Part shown: in pieces, positions 57,497 to 64,000 of the stretch | How positions within the stretch are numbered: position 1 is the stretch's first letter | How the letters are laid out: the number at the start of each line of letters is the position of its first letter | Source of the DNA: a bacterium | GTDB taxonomy: Bacteria; RBG-13-61-14; DATKZS01 | Direction of reading: 5' to 3' | Assembly: GCA_963674965.2 (NCBI GenBank) | Contig: CAXXFL010000005.1 | Location: forward strand, 224,001-288,000 | Length of the DNA: 64,000 nt | Translations under genes and position numbers: made by a program | Notes under the pieces: generated by a model | What the model saw: only the letters and a program-made list of their open reading frames with translations | Told to the model about the DNA's origin: nothing | The model's database searches: none

Positions 57497-58297
57497 TCAC
57501 GCCCTGATGGCTGCTCGCATGAGGTTCTCGATCGAGAAATCGCCGCCGGTCGCTTGGGAGAGGACGCTCTCTTCCCCGTAAAGCTCGGTCACTATTTGTG
57601 ATGGCTCCATGCCCGCGGCGTGCTTTTCCTTAACGCGGGCGATAAGTTCCTCGAGGTGATCGGCGCATCTTGCAAGCGCCCCTTTTCCGTCGTCGACGGT
57701 TCGGCCCAGCGAGGTGAAAAGGGTGAGGCTTTCCACCTCGAGTCCGGCCAGGAGTCTCATGGAGGCGATGGTGGGGACCAGCTCGTCCTGCGGTCTTACT
57801 CCTCGGGGTTCCTCCTTGATGAAGAGGTCGCCCGTAAAGGCCCATCCCCTTTCACGCTCGAACAGAGTGACGTGGTCGTCCGAGTGGCCGGGAGTATGGA
57901 TGACCTCGAACCTGAACCTTTCCGTCTCGACCTCGTCCCCCAGGGCGAGAGGCTCGTCCAGGTCGGGGTATCCCCAGATCAGCTCCTGATATGGATGGAG
58001 GGGAAGACGGCTTCCGATAAGAGGTATAGCCAGGGAATGGGAATAGGACTCGATATTACGCTCATCCTTCAGACGCTTGTTGGCCGCCACGTGGTCTTCA
58101 TGGAAATGGGTATTGACTATCTTGTCCACCTCCGTGCCCGAGAGAAAATCCATAAACTCATCCACCACGTGAGCGGGACCCGTGTCGATCAAAAGGCCGT
58201 CCACCAGGTATGAGGCCACCCAATAGAGGACCGAGCCGCTTATCTCGCGGCCCATCATTATTTTCGCGACCTCGCCCGATTCCTCGATCTTAAGCAT
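57497..58297 (-). CDS. Metallo-beta-lactamase-fold hydrolase
   Basis: LIDTG, THFHEDH, TPGHS.DH, FTGD. Confidence 0.9.
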   Translation of the reverse strand: MLKIEESGEVAKIMMGREISGSVLYWVASYLVDGLLIDTGPAHVVDEFMDFLSGTEVDKIVNTHFHEDHVAANKRLKDERNIESYSHSLAIPLIGSRLPLHPYQELIWGYPDLDEPLALGDEVETERFRFEVIHTPGHSDDHVTLFERERGWAFTGDLFIKEEPRGVRPQDELVPTIASMRLLAGLEVESLTLFTSLGRTVDDGKGALARCADHLEELIARVKEKHAAGMEPSQIVTELYGEESVLSQATGGDFSIENLMRAAIRA

Positions 58298-59195
58298 CGG
58301 CTCGCCTCTCGAGAACGTAATAAGCCCCATCGTCCCTTTGGCCCGCCCGGATCATCTCCGTCACGACGAAGCCCATTTTAAAGGCCCGTTTCATCAGGCC
58401 GCCGAACCGGGCCAGTTCCTCCCGGGCGCCGGCGGGGTCGGTCGCGGCCCTTTTATCCAGCCCCGAGGGAATGGCCGCGAGCAGTACGGCAGCCTTTTCC
58501 ATCGCCGACCCGTCTTCCAACTCGAGGCCCTGGCCGGCCAAGCGAGCGAGCGGGGATTGGCCGTATCGGCGGAGGATGTCCTCCTCCGTCGGGATTTCCC
58601 CCCCCAGCCGCTCGGCGACTCGGGCCGAACCCAGCCGCCACTTGATGAGGAACCTGTCCGTGGGCAGGCCGGGGTCGAAATTTCCGCCCATGCCGCCGTA
58701 GAGGTCTTCCAAATAATTCGAGCACTCGGCCCCGAGTTTCCTGAAATTGAAGTTGGCGTTGGCTTGTTGGAGGGGATCGAAGGTCCAGGTGACGAGGCCG
58801 ACCCCTTCCCTTTGAGCCAGGGCGGCGTGGACCCGCTTGGCCTCGAGCCCGATTCCCAGCGACCGGTATTCCCTCTTGTAGCCCATGAAGTTCGAGTGGT
58901 GATGATAGCCCCATTCCCGGGTAAAGGCGGGCATGACGTACACCAGCCCCGCGGGGTCGTCATCCAGGTCCACGCCCAGGAAAAGGCCTCCCGTTTTGAC
59001 CGTGACCACCGCCTCGTGCAGGGGTATTTTATCGGGATCGGAAAAGCCCCAGATTTCATTTAAAAGATCGAGATACGGACCCAGTTCCCTGGCCCTTATA
59101 AGTCGCTTGAATACCAGGCGCCCGTCTCGAAGCCGTTTTTCGAATACCGAGTCCTTTTCGGTCTCCACAAATCCATATAGCTCTTCCATCTTCAA
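58290..59195 (-). CDS. GNAT-superfamily acyltransferase (COG3375-like)
   Basis: HS.FMG....YR..GIG...K, WTFDPL...NA.FN.RKLG, Y..D.YG, PTDRF...W.L. Confidence 0.85.
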   Translation of the reverse strand: MKMEELYGFVETEKDSVFEKRLRDGRLVFKRLIRARELGPYLDLLNEIWGFSDPDKIPLHEAVVTVKTGGLFLGVDLDDDPAGLVYVMPAFTREWGYHHHSNFMGYKREYRSLGIGLEAKRVHAALAQREGVGLVTWTFDPLQQANANFNFRKLGAECSNYLEDLYGGMGGNFDPGLPTDRFLIKWRLGSARVAERLGGEIPTEEDILRRYGQSPLARLAGQGLELEDGSAMEKAAVLLAAIPSGLDKRAATDPAGAREELARFGGLMKRAFKMGFVVTEMIRAGQRDDGAYYVLERRADA

Positions 59196-59203
59196 TCCCG
59201 CGT

Positions 59204-60679
59204 TTACCAGGCCGCCCCGTTAGCCTTGAGAAATTCATGTCTGTCGGCCATCGCGGCGAAGGCCCTGACCGCGTCCTCCAGGGTCGGGTAAAGAGGAGAT
59301 CCGCTCTCGATGATCCGGAGCAGTCCCTCATATCGGCGCCGGACCGCCAGCCGGGCCACGGACGAGGTCATCAGGAAGGGCTTATCCCACTTGGTGGTGA
59401 AATCGCGGAGGGCCTCGCAGTACTTTATCTCGTCATTCTGGCGGCTTTTAAGCTTGTCCTCGAGCGCCTCGTGGAAGTCATGCCTGGAGTTGACCGCGTC
59501 GAACATCGAGTAAAACCAACCCACGCCCAGCAGTATCACCCCGTCCACCTCCCCGCTTTCCATTAATATGGGTACCAACTCCCTCGGGCCGCCGTAGCCG
59601 AGTCCGGCCACCATGTCCACCGGGTTGTTGGGCGCCCACCAGGACGGAAGCTGGGCTTTCAGCTTTTCGATCGTCTCGTCCGAGAACTTGACCAGGTCAA
59701 GGCCCATCCTGGCGGCCGCGTCCGCCGCCATGACGCCCAGTCCCCCGCCGCCGGTGACCACGCCCAGCCGCCTTCCCTTGGGTAAAGGAGTATTGACCAT
59801 GGACGCCGCGGCGATAACCGCCTCCTCCATGCTCTGGGCCCGTTGTATTCCCGCCTGCTTGCAGGCCGAGTCAAAGACCAGGTCCGAGCCCGCCAAAACG
59901 CCGGTATGGGACGCCGCCGCCCGTGAGCCGGCCTCGGTGCGTCCGCTTTTCACCACGATCACCGGCTTTACAAGGGCCGTCCTTTTCGCGGCCTCGAAGA
60001 AGTCACGGCCCGAGCCCACGCCCTCCACGTACATGAGCACGACCCGGGTGTCGCTATCCTGGCGAAAATAATCCAGGTAGTCGGACCAGGTAAGGTCGGC
60101 GCAATTGCCCGCGGATATGGCCTTGGAACAGCCGAAACCCAGCTCGGCCAACTGCTCGGCCAATACCGTGGCAACGTTGCCGCTCTGACTGACAACCGCC
60201 ACCGAGCCGGGATCGGGCTTGAACATGGGCATCCAGGGATGAAGCCCGGACTTGGGAACGGATATGCCCTGGCCGTTGGGACCGACCAGAACCATGCCCG
60301 CCCGGCGGGCCTCCTCCAGCATCCGGTCCTGGAGACCTTTGCCTTCCTCTCCCAGCTCCGCGAAACCGGCGCTGATCACCACGCCGGCCTCGACTCCTTT
60401 TTGGCCGCACTCGCCGATGGTCCGGGGCAAAAGTTCGGCCGGTATGGTGAAGATGGCAAGGTCCACGTCGCCCGGTATGTCGGTCACCGACTTATAAGCC
60501 TTGAGACCGTGGACGGTTTCATCCTTGGGGTTTACCGGGTAAATCTCGCCCTGGTAGCCGCCCGATCTAAGGTTATGAAGTATAATGCCTCCCCATTTCC
60601 CGATGTTATTGGTCGCGCCCACGAAGGCGATGGATTTGGGGGTGAATATTTTTTCCATTTTATTGACGCGCCGGTCCAC
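59204..60679 (-). CDS. ADP-forming acyl-CoA synthetase alpha-type subunit (CoA-binding plus ligase domains, no ATP-grasp)
   Basis: P.SIA.VGA, YPVNP, SAGFAE, GPN, SQSG, K.GRT..G.RAAASHTG (phospho-His), NNPVD. Confidence 0.92.
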   Translation of the reverse strand: MDRRVNKMEKIFTPKSIAFVGATNNIGKWGGIILHNLRSGGYQGEIYPVNPKDETVHGLKAYKSVTDIPGDVDLAIFTIPAELLPRTIGECGQKGVEAGVVISAGFAELGEEGKGLQDRMLEEARRAGMVLVGPNGQGISVPKSGLHPWMPMFKPDPGSVAVVSQSGNVATVLAEQLAELGFGCSKAISAGNCADLTWSDYLDYFRQDSDTRVVLMYVEGVGSGRDFFEAAKRTALVKPVIVVKSGRTEAGSRAAASHTGVLAGSDLVFDSACKQAGIQRAQSMEEAVIAAASMVNTPLPKGRRLGVVTGGGGLGVMAADAAARMGLDLVKFSDETIEKLKAQLPSWWAPNNPVDMVAGLGYGGPRELVPILMESGEVDGVILLGVGWFYSMFDAVNSRHDFHEALEDKLKSRQNDEIKYCEALRDFTTKWDKPFLMTSSVARLAVRRRYEGLLRIIESGSPLYPTLEDAVRAFAAMADRHEFLKANGAAW

Positions 60680-60842
60680 TTTTACTCCTCGTTAAAAAAA
60701 ATTACGGGTAAGATTTTAGCTGAGATAGGTCTTTCGGGCAAATTTTTTAGCGGTCGGGAAAAATTAACATGGAATTGCTTCCCCTTCCGCTTTACCAAGG
60801 GGAACGCGGAAGGGGAAAATTTTTGCGGAACGAGTCTTCAAA

Positions 60843-62969
60843 TCAGATGATCTTTTCGACCACCACTTCCTCTCCCGTGTTAAGGAGGGCGTCCGCTATC
60901 GACTGTTTTGGAATGACGATCTCGCCCGCCTCGACGTCGGCCACCTCGAGAGTGGCGTGCAGGGAATGGAGTCCGCCCAGCCACCACCTCTTATCGGAGA
61001 CGTAGACCAGGTCGCCGGCGCGGGCCTTCATCTTTTCGGCGTCGGCTTTATTGAGACGCGCGATGACCGTGACCTCGGCGCCGGTCTCGTCGATCATGGT
61101 CTCGTCCGAGGATCCCAGCTTGACCCTGATCTTTTCTCCCTCTTCCATGTCGTTGGGCTCGGACCCCTTGAAGAAACGCTTGGCCTGCCTGATGCTCCCG
61201 ACCCACAGTCCCTCGATCTTCTTCTCGTCCGTGTTGGGCCAGATGAAGGTGGAAACTACTCCGATCAGGGTGCAAAGGGTCATGCCGTAGAGGCCGCGCA
61301 TGTAGATGAGGGACTTTTGCATTCCCGACTCCATGTCCATGCCGTGGATCATGGCGAAGGGCTTGATGAGGTCGTCATACTGGATCGAAACGGCCATCAG
61401 AATCCCGCCCACCAGCATGGTCAGGAATGCGGCGCGGGGCGAGAACTTTTTCCATAGAATGCCCAGGATGATGGTGGTGATAATGGGAGGACTCACGGCG
61501 GCGGTAAAGGCCCCGTGGGCGTCGTAGATCGATCCGAAGCCCATGTAAATGGGGACCAGGGCCAGGCCGCCGAAGGTAAAGACGATCGAGAAAATCCTGG
61601 CCCAGGCCAGGTAGAACTTGTCCGACCTGTCCTTGGCGATGAAGGGCTTGAGAATGTCGTTGACCGCGATGGCGCTGACCGCGTTGATCAGGGTATCGAC
61701 CGTGCTCATGAGTGCCGCCGTGATGGCCGCCAGGATAACGCCGAAAATTATGTCGTTTTGTACTATGGCGGCGGACACGAGCACGAAGGCGTTATTGGGA
61801 TCGATATCCTTGCTCATGAGCCCGTAATGCTGCATTGCGCTCCCTATCCAACCCGTGTCGGCCACGGAAATGGCGGCGATGGGCATGAGGATCAACACCA
61901 CGGCCACGATGGCCTTCCTTCCCTCGTTGACGCTCTTGACGGCCAGGAACCTCATAATAAGGCCTTGGTTGGCGAAGTAGAAGAACATGGACGAGCCGAA
62001 AAAGTCCTGCCAGAAAATGCCCACCATGGGAAACGACCCCGGCCGGTTGAAGCCGGAGAACGGAAGTTGGTGAGACTCGGGCATGCCTTTCCAGAAAGCC
62101 GCCATACCGGACATGCCGTCAACGTGCTGTCCCAGGTAATGCCATCCTAAAAGTAGCAGGGCAACGCCCACGACAAGGAGCAGGAGGCCCTGCACGAGGT
62201 CGGTCATGATAACCGCGGTCTGGCCGCCGAAGGTGACGTATATCCCCGCCACTATGGCTATAATGGCGGCCCACAGAAAGCGGGAGACTTTCTCGGGCCT
62301 GTCGCTGTAGACCTTGACCTTCTCGTCGTCGGCTTTCCCCTTCAACGCCTTGGAGATGGGCACGGGCATTCCGTCGGCGTCGACCAGGAAGTCTCCATTT
62401 TCGTCGAGCAGCTTGTATTTTTTTTCCTTGACCTCCTTGACCGTGACCAGCTTAACCAGTTCGTCGGCGGAGTACATGGAGGCCACTTTTTTATCGAGCG
62501 GGGCAATCTTGTTTACCGCCAGTCCCAGAGTGTAAAGGTTTATCCCGATATAACCGACCATGTAGATCATAATAAAAATAATGGCCATGACGCGGGTGGG
62601 ACGGTTGAACCTCCTCTCGAAGTACTCGGGGATGGACTTGACGCGGGAGAAGTAAACGAGGGGCATCCATCCCAGGATGAAGAGCGGGATCAGGAACCAG
62701 TCGTTCAAGTAGGTCATGGTCGAGCTCATGCCGAAGCTGAGTCCTCTTTCCGAGTACTTGATAAAGGAATAAGACCCGACCACGGTGGCGACGCAGGAAA
62801 AGGCGATCAGCCACCAGGAGAAGCGCTGTCCCGAGAAAAAGAAGTCGTTGGTGCTCTTGGTGTTTTTTCCGAAGATGCCCCCGAATCCGAGCACCATGAC
62901 GAAATAGGCGATCATGACGCCGTAAACCATGTACATGTTCAGGTTGGCAAGATGTTGGCTCGCGGTCAT
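60843..62969 (-). CDS. Sodium:solute symporter (SSS) with a large loop insertion and a C-terminal soluble domain
   Basis: DFF.SG, SIPEYFERRF, YV.FGG..AVI.TD..QG, Q....RFLA.KS, AALMST. Confidence 0.92.
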   Translation of the reverse strand: MTASQHLANLNMYMVYGVMIAYFVMVLGFGGIFGKNTKSTNDFFFSGQRFSWWLIAFSCVATVVGSYSFIKYSERGLSFGMSSTMTYLNDWFLIPLFILGWMPLVYFSRVKSIPEYFERRFNRPTRVMAIIFIMIYMVGYIGINLYTLGLAVNKIAPLDKKVASMYSADELVKLVTVKEVKEKKYKLLDENGDFLVDADGMPVPISKALKGKADDEKVKVYSDRPEKVSRFLWAAIIAIVAGIYVTFGGQTAVIMTDLVQGLLLLVVGVALLLLGWHYLGQHVDGMSGMAAFWKGMPESHQLPFSGFNRPGSFPMVGIFWQDFFGSSMFFYFANQGLIMRFLAVKSVNEGRKAIVAVVLILMPIAAISVADTGWIGSAMQHYGLMSKDIDPNNAFVLVSAAIVQNDIIFGVILAAITAALMSTVDTLINAVSAIAVNDILKPFIAKDRSDKFYLAWARIFSIVFTFGGLALVPIYMGFGSIYDAHGAFTAAVSPPIITTIILGILWKKFSPRAAFLTMLVGGILMAVSIQYDDLIKPFAMIHGMDMESGMQKSLIYMRGLYGMTLCTLIGVVSTFIWPNTDEKKIEGLWVGSIRQAKRFFKGSEPNDMEEGEKIRVKLGSSDETMIDETGAEVTVIARLNKADAEKMKARAGDLVYVSDKRWWLGGLHSLHATLEVADVEAGEIVIPKQSIADALLNTGEEVVVEKII

Positions 62970-62987
62970 TTTATTTCCTCCCGGGAT

Positions 62988-63191
62988 TTATACGTGGGTG
63001 GCGAAAAGTATCCACGCCGTGTGCATGATCAGATACCCGGCGAAGCCCACGAGAAGATAGATGAGGGCCCGCCTGTCCGAGGGGTTTTTCGGGTCGCTCG
63101 CCCCCGGCCGGAAGCAAAGGTAAAGGGTAATGAAAAAGAACAGGCCTCCAACGATGTATTGATAGGCCAATTGAAGCCAGTTGCCGTCCAT
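62988..63191 (-). CDS. Small two-TM protein, probable symporter partner
   Basis: SD GGAGG; two hydrophobic helices; 18 nt upstream of the SSS gene. Confidence 0.75.
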   Translation of the reverse strand: MDGNWLQLAYQYIVGGLFFFITLYLCFRPGASDPKNPSDRRALIYLLVGFAGYLIMHTAWILFATHV

Positions 63192-63362
63192 GTCGGACCT
63201 CCGAGAAGTTGGGGCGGGAGTAAATGTCCCCCGCCGGTTGCCGAATCGATCCTGACCGGGATTAACCTAACATTCATGGCGAGACGGTTCAAGGCCCCCT
63301 TCGGCCTCGATCCCATCCCGATCAATCAGTTTACATCTTTTTCGGGAGACGAAAGATTAGTT

Positions 63363-64000
63363 TCAGGTTATTTTTTTAATGAGGGCCGTCTTGATTTTGA
63401 GGGACTCGACCTTGTTGACCTCGATCTTGAAGCTTCCAAGCGTCAGCTCGTCGCCCGCCTTGGGAAACCGGCCAAGGGAATCCGTCACGTATCCCGAGAG
63501 GGTGGCCACGTCGTCGTCCTCGAAGCGCATGCCCAGCCTTTCCCGCAGGACGGTCAAGGGGGTCCTGCCCGAGACCTCGTGGACGTCGTCCCCCAGCGGC
63601 CTGATCCAGGGCGACTCGTGGTCGAACTCGTCCTGAATCTGGCCCACTAACTGCTCGAGAACGTTCTCGAGGGTAATTATGCCCGAGACCGATCCCACCT
63701 CGTCGGTAATCACGGCCATGTGGATGTGGGAATCCCTGAACTTGCCCAGGATGACCTCGAGGTTTTCGTCCTCGGGCGACACGATTATCTCCCGGGAGAT
63801 GGAACGCAGGTCCACTTTCCCTTCATCGCGAAGCACCCAGAGCACGTCCCGGACGTGGACCACGCCCAGTATCGAGTCCAGGTCGCCGTCGCAAACGGGA
63901 TACCGGGCAAAGGGATTGCGCCGGGCCTTGGCAAGGTTCGCCTCCAAGGGGTCCCGGATGGAAAAGTAGACCACCTCGTTGCGGGGGACCATTATCTGCC
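63363..64000 (-). CDS. Hemolysin/CorC-family CBS-domain protein, 5'-truncated
   Basis: IMVPR, RYPV..GD.D...G, HMAV..DE.G...G..TLE...E..VG.I.DEFD, TL.G......GR.P..G. Confidence 0.92.
   Translation of the reverse strand, partial: QIMVPRNEVVYFSIRDPLEANLAKARRNPFARYPVCDGDLDSILGVVHVRDVLWVLRDEGKVDLRSISREIIVSPEDENLEVILGKFRDSHIHMAVITDEVGSVSGIITLENVLEQLVGQIQDEFDHESPWIRPLGDDVHEVSGRTPLTVLRERLGMRFEDDDVATLSGYVTDSLGRFPKAGDELTLGSFKIEVNKVESLKIKTALIKKIT

Noticed and set aside
1-64000. Genome-wide TGA reassignment (Gly/Trp) as the explanation for the phoD TGA
   Set aside because: TGA ends genes at their expected C-termini (lolC AESLRYE, dgt PKPWSY, DUF2157 with ATGA coupling), so it is a normal stop here

Overview
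A 64 kb window of bacterial chromosome, GC-rich (about 60% by eye). The gene content suggests an anaerobic, deltaproteobacteria-like (Desulfobacterota/Myxococcota-type) organism, which is an inference. It carries about 50 CDS: housekeeping genes (dgt, nadE, lepB, rlmD-like, lolC/E-lolD), anaerobic metabolism (dsrD, iorAB, a FrhB-like Fe-S protein, an ADP-forming acyl-CoA ligase, a B12 radical SAM protein), signalling (two paralogous histidine kinases, three receiver proteins, an MCP, a GGDEF protein), envelope glycosylation and a hicAB module. No rRNA, tRNA, CRISPR array, integrase or transposase was found. Main observations: (1) a PhoD-family phosphatase with a single in-frame TGA (21083-21085) at the position of the metal-ligand Cys, followed by a hairpin, making it a candidate selenoprotein; (2) an AT-richer accessory region at about 0.4-4.8 kb built around GTRG-type REP palindromes in a mirror-symmetric 481 bp array, with a 13-bp direct repeat bracketing a two-gene unit; (3) strong enrichment of the palindrome CTCGAG (about 125 copies by eye, none in the first 5.1 kb); (4) a monocistronic orphan dsrD; (5) a NadE whose glutaminase nucleophile Cys is replaced by Gly. 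All family assignments come from motif recognition by eye; no database searches were run.
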